DNA of 51,631 nucleotides, taken from Patescibacteria group bacterium (GTDB lineage Bacteria; Patescibacteriota; Patescibacteriia; UBA9934; GWF2-40-263). The stretch's first letter is position 1. Each line of letters opens with the position of its first letter. The notes beneath the pieces are model-generated. The model ran no database searches and was not told the DNA's origin. It saw only the letters and a program-made list of their open reading frames with translations. This document shows, piece after piece, positions 9,949 to 18,254 of the stretch. The stretch covers positions 1-51,631 of the forward strand of contig JBBTRQ010000014.1 in the NCBI GenBank assembly GCA_038065075.1, given 5' to 3'. The position numbers were made by a program, and so were the translations under genes.

Positions 9949-10653
9949 ATGTTAGAAAAAGCGGCGATCCTTTTCAGTGGAGGTAAAGACAGCATCTACT
10001 CGCTACAGGCGGCACAAAAATATGTGCCGATTGATCTTATTGTGAGTCTAACGTCCACACAGGGAGACACACAGTTTCATGCCGGACCCGAGGTTGAGAA
10101 GGCTCTACGGGAGTCTCAACTTCAACTGTTGGGGATCGAAAACGAGACGTTAATTCTGAGCGCGGGTCAGGGTTATTTGCGGGAATTTTTTCTTGGACTA
10201 GACGAGATGCTACGGAGTCGGGGAATAACACACTTGGTCACAGGAGATCTTTGGCATCCATACACCTCGGGCATTGGTGACATGCTCGGTGCGGCTCTGG
10301 ATGTCACGATTCTAAGACCCGCCCGCGATGCATGTCCCACAAGGGACGCATCCGTGAGCTACATGAATAAAGTGATCGAGTCCGGTATCCAATCGGTCGT
10401 CGCGAGTGTGCGAGAACGAGATCTACCCAAAACGTTTGTCGGGAGAACAATCGACAAAACCTTTGTTGCTGAACTCGAGTCGATGAACATCGACAGCGCC
10501 GCCGAGGGAGGCGAATACCAGTCATTTGTCTTGTCCTGTCCGCTGATGAAAGGAAGGATCGTCATCGACGAGTTCGACGTGGCGATCGTGGACGGCAAAA
10601 ATGACAAGGAACGATTTGAAAAAATGTGTGTGAAACGATTCCACATTGAGTAA
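9949..10653 (+). CDS. PP-loop ATP pyrophosphatase, DUF71/diphthine-ammonia ligase (Dph6) family
   Basis: FSGGKDS PP-loop, VTGDL, FVGRTID, AEGGEYQSFV. Confidence 0.88.
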   Translation: MLEKAAILFSGGKDSIYSLQAAQKYVPIDLIVSLTSTQGDTQFHAGPEVEKALRESQLQLLGIENETLILSAGQGYLREFFLGLDEMLRSRGITHLVTGDLWHPYTSGIGDMLGAALDVTILRPARDACPTRDASVSYMNKVIESGIQSVVASVRERDLPKTFVGRTIDKTFVAELESMNIDSAAEGGEYQSFVLSCPLMKGRIVIDEFDVAIVDGKNDKERFEKMCVKRFHIE

Positions 10654-10656
10654 GCT

Positions 10657-11655
10657 ATGATCGATCTATCGGTGCTCCAAACAAAACTTCGAACCTTCCA
10701 CAAACCGCTGAGCGATTCGATACTCGAGGAGTTCTCACCCATTGCTGGGAACCAGTTCCCTGGCGAATTCAACGTGAGCGGATTCCACGATAAGGTTTTG
10801 AACCTGCCGGATCAGCCTTCAAGTTTTTGGGGAGTAGACCGGTGTCTACGCATTCAGGAAACATTCGACAGAACTCACTCGGCCATTTTTCACATGGGCA
10901 TCTTCGCCAAGGCCGTTCAGCTGAACGAAAACTTCTCTGATCCCTTCAAGGATCCTCGTTTCCATAAACTCCAATCTGAGATGATCCTCCAGTTTCTCGA
11001 GCTGACAAAAAGTTTGGGAATAAAAGATTCAGATCTCGAAACAACGTACTTTGGTGGTTGTGATGTGGGTGGCCATCCGGAAGGCCGGGATTATCTGGTC
11101 AAACGACGCTACCCATTTCCGGCAGACAAAATTTCACAAGGACTCTTAAGAATTCGCCGGATAAAAACCTACGCCGTAAAATCTCTTGCGAATGTAGACG
11201 TCCAGCAACACGACCTGGCGCTGGTCGGTCCGAGAATGGAGGTAGCCGCTAAGGGCATTGAGATTGGAACCATCGTGTTCGATTGTTTTCGGATAAAAAA
11301 AGACAAGCTCTTCCCTATCAACTACGTCGCCGGTTACGCCATCGGGCTTGAAAGGATCACGACCGTCTTGCGTGGAGAACAAAATTTCTTGAGAGCCGTT
11401 CCAAGATACATACGGGCATTGAACGTGCTCGCCACCGCTATGCCCAGCGCAAAATCAACCCTCATCGAAACGGAAGTAATGAAACTTATCTTCGGTATCG
11501 AGGCAATTGCCAACATCCCCAAAACTCTCTCTGTACATCAACGGATGAGACTGAAACAGCTAACAAAAACAGTCGAGGCAACGGCCAGAGACATAGCGGT
11601 AAGTCCTAGAGTGGTTCAAAGACTCCTCATGTTCTTCAAAAAAGGACATACATAA
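10657..11655 (+). CDS. Stand-alone, divergent alanyl-tRNA-synthetase-like catalytic domain
   Basis: Colinear with AlaRS motifs: RCLR (KCIR), HSAIFHMG (HHTFFEMLG), VGPRMEV (CGPCSEI), IEIGTIVF (LEIWNLVF), GLERITTVLRG (GLERLAAVLQG); no editing or C-Ala domain. Confidence 0.75.
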   Translation: MIDLSVLQTKLRTFHKPLSDSILEEFSPIAGNQFPGEFNVSGFHDKVLNLPDQPSSFWGVDRCLRIQETFDRTHSAIFHMGIFAKAVQLNENFSDPFKDPRFHKLQSEMILQFLELTKSLGIKDSDLETTYFGGCDVGGHPEGRDYLVKRRYPFPADKISQGLLRIRRIKTYAVKSLANVDVQQHDLALVGPRMEVAAKGIEIGTIVFDCFRIKKDKLFPINYVAGYAIGLERITTVLRGEQNFLRAVPRYIRALNVLATAMPSAKSTLIETEVMKLIFGIEAIANIPKTLSVHQRMRLKQLTKTVEATARDIAVSPRVVQRLLMFFKKGHT

Positions 11656-11706
11656 CAGACGTATTCATCCCGTTCTGATCACGCCGTCCACAAAGGAGAC
11701 GGGTCA

Positions 11707-11743
11707 CAAAAGCCACCCTGAGTTTATCGTAGGGTGGCTTTTG
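11707..11743. terminator. Bidirectional intrinsic terminator
   Basis: CAAAAGCCACCCT/AGGGTGGCTTTTG between convergent genes. Confidence 0.8.
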
Positions 11744-11745
11744 AA

Positions 11746-11994
11746 TTAGAGATCATTGTAGGTCGTATCTGTCCGTCGCTCGATGGCAATGATCCTATTT
11801 TTTGAATCCGGAACTCGACGGAAGATGATTCTAAAGTCCCCTCGTCTTACCCGAAATATATCGTCTCGACTTTGAAGTTTCTTTACATCAAGCCCAAACA
11901 ATTGATTTGTCTGGACAAGTCGGATCGTCTCGGTAAGCTGTTTCAGTTCTTTTGGTTGGAGTTTTTTCAAAACCTTCTTGATCCGATCAACCAT
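11746..11994 (-). CDS. RelE/ParE-family toxin
   Basis: 82 aa, basic; DVKKL, FRVRRGDFRIIF; downstream of an antitoxin. Confidence 0.85.
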   Translation of the reverse strand: MVDRIKKVLKKLQPKELKQLTETIRLVQTNQLFGLDVKKLQSRDDIFRVRRGDFRIIFRRVPDSKNRIIAIERRTDTTYNDL

Positions 11995-11998
11995 ATCG

Positions 11999-12220
11999 CT
12001 AGACGGACTTCAACATCTTCAAAAGATCACTGGCCAAAATACCGCCTTTTCGAAACTGGGTAAAATCAATAACGGTTTCCCATCCCTCTTCTTCAACCGG
12101 CTCGGCTCGGAAAAGCGGACGGGATCGCTTTGTGATGATGAACGTCTCACCTTTCGCGATGCGGCCAGCGTATTTCGCCACGTCCTCGCGAAACTCCTTG
12201 AGTGGTACAAAATTTTTCAT
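11999..12220 (-). CDS. Phd/YefM-family antitoxin
   Basis: LKEFRE...GETFIITKRSRPLF N-terminal fold; paired with the toxin. Confidence 0.82.
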   Translation of the reverse strand: MKNFVPLKEFREDVAKYAGRIAKGETFIITKRSRPLFRAEPVEEEGWETVIDFTQFRKGGILASDLLKMLKSV

Positions 12221-12251
12221 AGATAAACTTTAAATCACCTTTAGTTTATCT
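12221..12251. promoter_or_regulatory. Inverted repeat, likely TA autoregulatory operator
   Basis: AGATAAACT-N13-AGTTTATCT immediately upstream of the antitoxin ATG. Confidence 0.55.
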
Positions 12252-12277
12252 TCAATCGTGAGAGCCGTCAAACAAAG

Positions 12278-13192
12278 TTAGACCTTCAAATACTTCCGCA
12301 TGGCCAATCCCGTTGAGAACAACGTCACCAGAACCAGCGCGAGGAATTGGCCGCCGAAGATGAGGAGACCATTTTGGACAAAGTAGTCGACGAGTCCTGC
12401 GGACTCGGCACCGAAGTAAACGCTGAGTTGAGGTTCGATCACGGCCACGGTTGGAAACACGATCAGCGCAGTGAGACCGACCGCCATGAGCGAGAGCAGG
12501 ATCATTTCAAGCAAGAACGGCGCTTTGATGAACCAGTTACTTGCCCCCACCAGGCGCATGATGCCGATCTCCTCGCGGTGGATGAAGATGCCGATGCGCA
12601 CGGTGTTGAAAACAATCAAGATCGCGATAAGCAAGAATACGACCGCCAACGCGATCCCGAACGCACGGATGCGGTCGGTCGTCGAGCGGATACGTTCCAC
12701 AATATTTTGGTAGTCGGAAAAATCTTTTTCGCGGATGAAGTCACGGAACTGCGGGTTATCCAGAGCGTCGATGATCTGCGTGAAGTCCTCCGGTGTATGT
12801 GCTTTGACGATCAGGCTGGGCCCAAATGGATTTTGCCCGAGCTCCTCCAGACTCGCCATGATCTGCTCATCGTTTTGGTGGCGCGCCACAAATTGGTCGT
12901 AGGCTTCCGTGGCCGAGACCGTGGCAACATCACGAACCTCACTCAAGCCACGCAAATAGGCAACAGCCGCCGAGACAGTTGTGTCTTCTGTGTAATCGTA
13001 GAAGTAAACCGATACCTCGATCCGATCTTCGACCAGCGCGATCGCTCGATCTGTGATGACATTCAAGACCAGCAAGATGTTGATCGTCACGAGTGTCAAC
13101 AAGAGCATGCTCACAGTGATGAGGGACAACCAGAAATTTCTCCAAAAGTTCTGGAAGGCGAATTGTGTCACTCGATAGGAACTCACGAACAT
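12278..13192 (-). CDS. ftsX: Cell division permease FtsX
   Basis: QNFWRN, four TM segments, FNTVRIGI, EEIGIMRLVGASNWFIKAPF; follows ftsE. Confidence 0.95.
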   Translation of the reverse strand: MFVSSYRVTQFAFQNFWRNFWLSLITVSMLLLTLVTINILLVLNVITDRAIALVEDRIEVSVYFYDYTEDTTVSAAVAYLRGLSEVRDVATVSATEAYDQFVARHQNDEQIMASLEELGQNPFGPSLIVKAHTPEDFTQIIDALDNPQFRDFIREKDFSDYQNIVERIRSTTDRIRAFGIALAVVFLLIAILIVFNTVRIGIFIHREEIGIMRLVGASNWFIKAPFLLEMILLSLMAVGLTALIVFPTVAVIEPQLSVYFGAESAGLVDYFVQNGLLIFGGQFLALVLVTLFSTGLAMRKYLKV

Positions 13193-13193
13193 A

Positions 13194-13221
13194 GATTGCT
13201 TCGCTAGCGCTCGCAATGACG
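13194..13221 (-). repeat. CGTC-tagged REP-like half element between ftsE and ftsX
   Basis: GATTGCTTCGCTAGCGCTCGCAATGACG, near-identical to 2243-2269. Confidence 0.75.
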
Positions 13222-13225
13222 GGAG

Positions 13226-13906
13226 CTAAAGTTTATACCTGCCTTCTTCAACGTCAGAGACGATCTTCCCGTCTTCGAGCGTAATGACACGACGGCGCAA
13301 ACGATTCACCATGTCCCGGTCATGCGTTACCAGAACGATCGTTGTCCCGAATTCGTTAATCTTTGAAAGCAGATCCATGATCTCGCGCGAGTTGAGCGTG
13401 TCGAGGTTCCCTGTTGGTTCATCGGCAATCAAAATCTTTGGGGAGTGAACAAGCGCCCGCCCGATCGCCACGCGCTGCTGTTCCCCACCAGAAAGTTGGC
13501 GTGGATAGCGGTCGAGTTTGTTATCGAGGTTCACGATCTCGAGTACTTTTGGAACCACCTCTCGGATGCGGTGTGGCCTTTCGCCAGCAACCTGAAGCGC
13601 GAATGCCACGTTCTCGTAGACGGTTTTCTTCTGCAACAATTTAAAATCCTGGAACACGACGCCGATCTGTCGACGCAGGAGCGGCACATCGGAATCGTTG
13701 ATATTGGTTATGTCCCAGCCTCCAATTTCAATCACCCCGCGCGTCGGACGCTCCTCGGCGAATAAGAGTTTCGCCAATGTCGACTTCCCTGTTCCACTCT
13801 TCCCGACAATGGAAACAAACTCTCCAGGTTTTACGTGGAGACTGACACCCTGCACCCCAACCACATTTGGTGGGTACAACTTTGTGACGTTTTTGAAACG
13901 AATCAT
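13226..13906 (-). CDS. ftsE: Cell division ATP-binding protein FtsE
   Basis: GKSGTGKST, IGVVFQDFKLL, LSGGEQQRV, ADEPTGNLD; start MIRFKNV. Confidence 0.96.
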   Translation of the reverse strand: MIRFKNVTKLYPPNVVGVQGVSLHVKPGEFVSIVGKSGTGKSTLAKLLFAEERPTRGVIEIGGWDITNINDSDVPLLRRQIGVVFQDFKLLQKKTVYENVAFALQVAGERPHRIREVVPKVLEIVNLDNKLDRYPRQLSGGEQQRVAIGRALVHSPKILIADEPTGNLDTLNSREIMDLLSKINEFGTTIVLVTHDRDMVNRLRRRVITLEDGKIVSDVEEGRYKL

Positions 13907-13910
13907 AGTT

Positions 13911-13994
13911 TGTGTCATCCCGAGCGACCAACGGGAGCCGAGGGATCTCGAATTCGAGATTTCTCGACTCGCTGCGCTCGCTCGAAATGACACA
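13911..13994. repeat. Full-length ~84-bp palindromic element (TGTGTCAT...ATGACACA)
   Basis: Terminal arms TGTGTCATCCCGAGCG / CGCTCGAAATGACACA, inner ATCTCGAATTCGAGAT; right half resembles the two CGTC half elements. Confidence 0.75.
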
Positions 13995-13998
13995 GTGC

Positions 13999-14367
13999 TT
14001 AATCAAGCAGCTGTACTCTGACATCGATGAGGCCTGCCCCCAACGATACGAGCTTAGCGAAGGCAACTTTATCTAAGTCGATAATGCGATCTGGATGAAT
14101 CGATCGATCCGGACCGTAATCGACTTCGGGAATCTCTTCCTCAAAAATCGCGAGACGGGCGTACGGGAGATGGATGAGCGCTCGAACCGAGTTCGTCTCT
14201 GGGTTGTCTGTTGACGGCAGTTCCTGTGCGAGCGTGTACCCTTTTACGATCGTCGCGGCATCAAACGATGTGGAAACGATCACCTCCAACTCAGAGGCAT
14301 GGACAGGAAGAAAAACTGAGAAGAAAAAAAGAATCGATACGAGTGATACGGTTCTTGTGCATCGCAT
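13999..14367 (-). pseudogene. Shortened RlpA-like (DPBB) secreted protein, probably internally deleted
   Basis: Signal peptide plus only the C-terminal part of the RlpA domain (DYGP...RIIDLDKVAF...GLIDV); the ASWY-containing N-terminal half is absent. Confidence 0.55.
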
Positions 14368-14393
14368 AGTTCTCGGTTATTATACCGTCCGAC

Positions 14394-14467
14394 GCGGGGT
14401 TAGTACAATGGTAGTATACTTGCTTCCCAAGCAAGAGACGCGGGTTCGATTCCCGTACTCCGCTCCA
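14394..14467 (+). tRNA. tRNA-Gly(CCC)
   Basis: Acceptor GCGGGGT/ACTCCGC, anticodon arm CTTGC-TT-CCC-AA-GCAAG, GGTTCGATTCC, CCA. Confidence 0.96.
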
Positions 14468-14475
14468 ACAGACAT

Positions 14476-14505
14476 AAAAAGAGTCCCCTCGCGGGGGCTC
14501 TTTTT
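14476..14505 (+). terminator. Intrinsic terminator
   Basis: AAAAAGAGTCCCC-TCGC-GGGGGCTCTTTTT. Confidence 0.75.
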
Positions 14506-14519
14506 GGTTTCTCGACCAA

Positions 14520-14548
14520 TTGACAAAGCAGGCTTTTCCGACTAGGTT
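14520..14548 (+). promoter_or_regulatory. Sigma70-like promoter
   Basis: TTGACA-N17-TAGGTT upstream of the 14685 ORF. Confidence 0.55.
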
Positions 14549-14684
14549 GGTAACCTGGCTTCAAGCGCGGAGTGTCAGATGAGCGACACTGCCCGTAGCA
14601 CGCGACACCGTCTGATTCGTTCAACGAGATCCTCTTCGATCTCTGGCGCGATCTGGCCCTGGAGCACGCACCAAAGGAGATGTC

Positions 14685-15236
14685 ATGACAAACAGCCCTC
14701 TCGTCGCAGACCTCGCCTTCACCCTGGCCGCGCTCATCGCGACCGTCAGTCCACAGCCCGTGGCGGCGCCAACGCCCGAGCTCGCGCAGGGCGAGCCGTT
14801 GAACAGCCATCTACTTCTCCTCCTCCAGCCCGAGCCCTCGCTCGAGGAGCCGCGCACAACGGGCGTGTGCTACAACTTGCGCCCGCAGGAGACCCTGCGG
14901 ATGCTCGTCAAGGGCGCACCAGCCATCCCGCAGGGTGGCGACATCCTGATCTCCGGCTCTCTGGGCGCTGGCGTGGAAGCCGGTTTTGCGAGCAACCAAA
15001 CCGTCTACACCGGCGACGGATGGAATCTGCTCTTCCAGATCCCGGCCACCGCACCCCAGGAGGAGCTCATCCTCATCCGCAACATAGGCGAGTCGGAAGC
15101 GCCGGCGTGCTTCCGACTCGCCTACCAGATCCCGCCCGAGCTCGAGCCGTTGCCCGAGTTCAAGGGCGGCAACGAGCCGCCAACGCACTGGATTCCACCG
15201 GCGCAGCCAAACGCGTCCGAACCGCGGTCGCTGTAG
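14685..15236 (+). CDS. Hypothetical secreted protein (GC-rich orphan)
   Basis: AAGGAG RBS, hydrophobic signal-like N-terminus, own promoter and a terminator at ~15248-15270. Confidence 0.65.
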   Translation: MTNSPLVADLAFTLAALIATVSPQPVAAPTPELAQGEPLNSHLLLLLQPEPSLEEPRTTGVCYNLRPQETLRMLVKGAPAIPQGGDILISGSLGAGVEAGFASNQTVYTGDGWNLLFQIPATAPQEELILIRNIGESEAPACFRLAYQIPPELEPLPEFKGGNEPPTHWIPPAQPNASEPRSL

Positions 15237-15301
15237 CTACGCACACGAGAGACTCTCCGGAGTCTCTTTTTAATTATGGTAAACTAGATTCAGACATTTC
15301 T

Positions 15302-16137
15302 ATGAACAAACCAAATATTTTTTCACTTTGTGTTCTCTCTTTGCTTCTCATTCCCCAAGCCGTTGATGCTCTTATCATCTCCGCCTACACCAATTCGATC
15401 CCCACGGTCGGGAAGATCACTCCTTCAACCGCTATTACCGACGAGTCTGTAACCTACTCTTCCCTGGTGACGGACAACGATGTATTAGACAGCTGTAGCC
15501 TCTACGTCGATGGCGAACGTGAAAAATCCAGACCGTGAAGCGTGATGTGGTATACACCTCTCTTGATCTCGAGAAAGGAACGTATCAACTCTACGCCCGC
15601 TGTGCAGACACGGATGGAAACATCGTTCAAGGAAGGACCACCAGCGTCGTCGTCTCGGATGCCTCCAGCTACATCGAACCAGGCGCCCTCATCAAGCTTG
15701 GGTGTGAAGGGGACGTCTATCCAAATGATCCTTGCACGTCAGTGTACTACTACGGCGTTGACGGAAAGCGACACGCCTTCCCGACGGAGTCCGTCTTTTC
15801 CTCGTGGTTCTCGGACTTCGACGATCTGGTCATCATCTCCGACACGGCGATGTCCGATATCCCATTAGGCAAGAACGTGACCTTCCGTCCAGGGGAACGG
15901 ATGGTAAAATTCTCGACCAACAGCGTGTATGCCGTTTCGTTTGCGGGCGTCTTGCGCCCTATTGCGAACGCGGAAATCGCCGAGGCTCTCTTTGGAGAGG
16001 ACTGGGTTTCACTCATTGAAATCGTCGATGATGTCTTCTACGGAAACTACCGCATGGGGGCAACGATTGAGAGTAGCAGTAGTTTTTCCTGGTCATCCGC
16101 CAAAAGTTCCACGACCAGAATTGACCACACCTTCTAG
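15302..16137 (+). pseudogene. Secreted surface protein split by a 1-nt frameshift at ~15530
   Basis: MNKPNIF signal peptide and Ig-like segment stop at 15538; the overlapping frame continues into a YYYGVDGKRHAFP-type domain; one T inserted after 15530 restores K-S-M-T-V-K-R. Confidence 0.7.
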
Positions 16138-16199
16138 ACCCTTGCCCGCGACCGGCTTTTCTTGCTATCCTGTGGCCGTTGTCTGACCGTTCTGGTTTC

Positions 16200-16275
16200 G
16201 CCACTGTAGCTCAGTCGGTAGAGCAATGCTTTCGTAAAGCAGAGGTCGGCGGTTCGAATCCGCCCAGTGGCTCCA
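16200..16275 (+). tRNA. tRNA-Thr(CGT)
   Basis: GCCACTG/CAGTGGC acceptor, TT-CGT-AA loop, GGTTCGAATCC, CCA. Confidence 0.96.
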
Positions 16276-16314
16276 CAAAAAAGCACCCCCGATGGGATGC
16301 TTTTTTGTTTTCAC

Positions 16315-17259
16315 TTATTCCTCCCCCACGTATCGTTTCACTTCGACCGTCGTAAGATATTCGTCGACGACTTCCTCCAGCGATACCTTCGGAACGGTAA
16401 TCGAGAGTAGGTGGAGTTGGGTGTCCTCGCCAGCCACAATCTTTTCTTCGAGCTTGAATATCACGTATCCCTCTGGCAGTTCGATGATCTGTGTTGTTTG
16501 GCCTTCCTCCAGGGCATTCACCTGACTGCCCCACGATTCGGGAAGAGCCGACGCCTTCACGTACCCAAGATCCCCCTCAATCCCCTCAAACCCCGCGTGA
16601 ACATCCTTGGAGACAGTGGCAAAGTCCTCGCCCGCTTGAACTCGAGCCGTGGCCGTATCGATAAGGTCACGACGCGGCTGCTGAGTTTGGGTATCTGCAA
16701 GCACTGTGTCTGTCATCTGAAGCGCCAAGACAATCGACTCCACAATACGTGCCTTAAACTCCTCCACCGTCCACCCAAATGTCTGGCTCAAACTCTCCTC
16801 AAACGCTCCTTCGCTTTCCTGCGCCGAGAGCACGTCTTGGTAGTACTGCTCTACCCGCTCCTCATCAAGCTCCACTCCATACTGGTCGGCAAGTTTCTGG
16901 ATCGCGATCTTGTTGACCAGCGTGTCAGCGATGGCGATCTCAAGTTGGTCAGAGGGTGGGGCCTCTTGTCCCGCATCCTCGAAATAACTCCCCAAGGCGT
17001 CGTATTCCGTCAGAAACTCATTGATCGTGACAGTTCTGCCGTCGACCGAAAGAGCGGGGAACGGAAGAAGGCTCGCCATGGCTCGCACCAACGGATCCGT
17101 GACCGGACGCGCGTACACCTGACCCGCGAGCAAACCCAGGACTACCACCACAACGACGATCCCGATCGTCAACTTGCCCTTGGGTGTTTTCACGAATGTC
17201 TTAAAAGCGGACGGCTGTTCGGAGACAGATGTTTCAGGAGCCTGCATGTCATCATTCAT
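16315..17259 (-). CDS. SurA/PrsA-like foldase (peptidylprolyl isomerase)
   Basis: N-terminal TM anchor, SurA_N-like helices, GEDFATVS...GDLGY parvulin segment. Confidence 0.8.
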   Translation of the reverse strand: MNDDMQAPETSVSEQPSAFKTFVKTPKGKLTIGIVVVVVVLGLLAGQVYARPVTDPLVRAMASLLPFPALSVDGRTVTINEFLTEYDALGSYFEDAGQEAPPSDQLEIAIADTLVNKIAIQKLADQYGVELDEERVEQYYQDVLSAQESEGAFEESLSQTFGWTVEEFKARIVESIVLALQMTDTVLADTQTQQPRRDLIDTATARVQAGEDFATVSKDVHAGFEGIEGDLGYVKASALPESWGSQVNALEEGQTTQIIELPEGYVIFKLEEKIVAGEDTQLHLLSITVPKVSLEEVVDEYLTTVEVKRYVGEE

Positions 17260-17707
17260 AGTCGGACAGAGCGTTAAACAAATTTTTGTCGAAGAAGTAA
17301 TACCACCATTTTGTCGGATTCGCAACGACGGTTACAGACGCGTCACCCAGAATAAGACCCAGTGGATCGTTGGCAGAGACGATCTCCCCATCCACAAGCT
17401 CAGCGGCATCATCTTGAACCACCACCACCGTCTCCCCTGGTTTTTTCATGCCAAGTTTCAAACGGGCCTCGCGTTCAATGTAGGACTCCGTCTGCATGGC
17501 CGTGCGCAGTTCAGACAGATCGATATTCTGAGCGGCAAGTTCGTCGGCTTGTGCCTGAAGTTGCGCGATTTCCGAGCCGATCGCGCGAGAGCGGACGATT
17601 TCACGCGAGAGGGAAAGCCCCAAGAACACAATCACCAAAAGATTGACGACGAGCAGAAGCCGCCAACGCATGAGACGTTCTCCTATTGTGCCTCTAGGTG
17701 ATGGCAT
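17252..17707 (-). CDS. Septum formation initiator (FtsB/DivIC family)
   Basis: TM plus coiled coil plus YIEREARLKLGMKKPGETVV. Confidence 0.88.
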   Translation of the reverse strand: MPSPRGTIGERLMRWRLLLVVNLLVIVFLGLSLSREIVRSRAIGSEIAQLQAQADELAAQNIDLSELRTAMQTESYIEREARLKLGMKKPGETVVVVQDDAAELVDGEIVSANDPLGLILGDASVTVVANPTKWWYYFFDKNLFNALSDYE

Positions 17708-17731
17708 GAGAATTTATGTGCGCTATGCGCG

Positions 17732-17756
17732 GTAGCCCCAGGCTTTAGCCTGGGTG
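17732..17756 (+). repeat. GTAG-tagged REP overlapping the stop of the upstream CDS
   Basis: GTAGCCCCAGGCTTTAGCCTGGGTG; supplies the final HPG codons and TAA of the 17745-18254 gene. Confidence 0.85.
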
Positions 17757-18254
17757 AGATTGCGTACGCAAATCATTTATGAGATCCGCGAGATGCTCAG
17801 GATGCTGAACGCGTTCGACCTCGATGTCGGCGGCGGCGCCCTGAAGTTTGAGCCGAAGAGTTCCGAAACGAAAAAGCGTGGCAATAATCCCCTTCACCTG
17901 CACGCTCACTTCGTCCATCTGATCGAACCGTGCCTGTGTGACAACCCGATAAAAAAATCCGCGCTGATCATAATCAACCACGCGCATGTCGGTCACCAGA
18001 AACACGGTGCGCTCCCACATCAGATACAGCCTCAGAAGGATCACGAGTCCCGAAACGACCCACACGAAAAAGAGCACGACGCCCCAGGTCCCCTGTCGCC
18101 AGAGTGGAAACAGCAAGAAGAACGGGAGGACCGTCCAAATCGTGGCAAGCGTGAACGTCCAAAGCTTTGGGAGGAGGCTTGCGTGCACGACCTCCAGGAC
18201 TTCCTCGCGGGGTTTGAGTTCAATGTAACGTGGGATTTGCATAGATAAATTCAT
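17745..18254 (-). CDS. Bacterial PH-domain membrane protein (bPH_2-like)
   Basis: Two TM helices then FLVTDMRVV...QRGFF...V..KG...FRFGTL. Confidence 0.75.
   Translation of the reverse strand: MNLSMQIPRYIELKPREEVLEVVHASLLPKLWTFTLATIWTVLPFFLLFPLWRQGTWGVVLFFVWVVSGLVILLRLYLMWERTVFLVTDMRVVDYDQRGFFYRVVTQARFDQMDEVSVQVKGIIATLFRFGTLRLKLQGAAADIEVERVQHPEHLADLINDLRTQSHPG

Noticed and set aside
9949-10653. Diphthamide biosynthesis
   Set aside because: Diphthamide is an archaeal and eukaryotic EF-2 modification; no other dph genes are here, so only the family assignment is kept
10657-11655. Housekeeping alaS
   Set aside because: At 332 aa it lacks the editing and C-terminal domains and several conserved active-site residues
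9812-12251. Integrase-type genomic island at tRNA-Gln
   Set aside because: No integrase and no duplicated tRNA 3' end was found; accessory origin is plausible but boundaries are unsupported
14579-15538. 319-aa ORF from the track as one gene
   Set aside because: The first part is an alternative frame over the 14685 gene and crosses a terminator; only the part from ATG 15302 looks real
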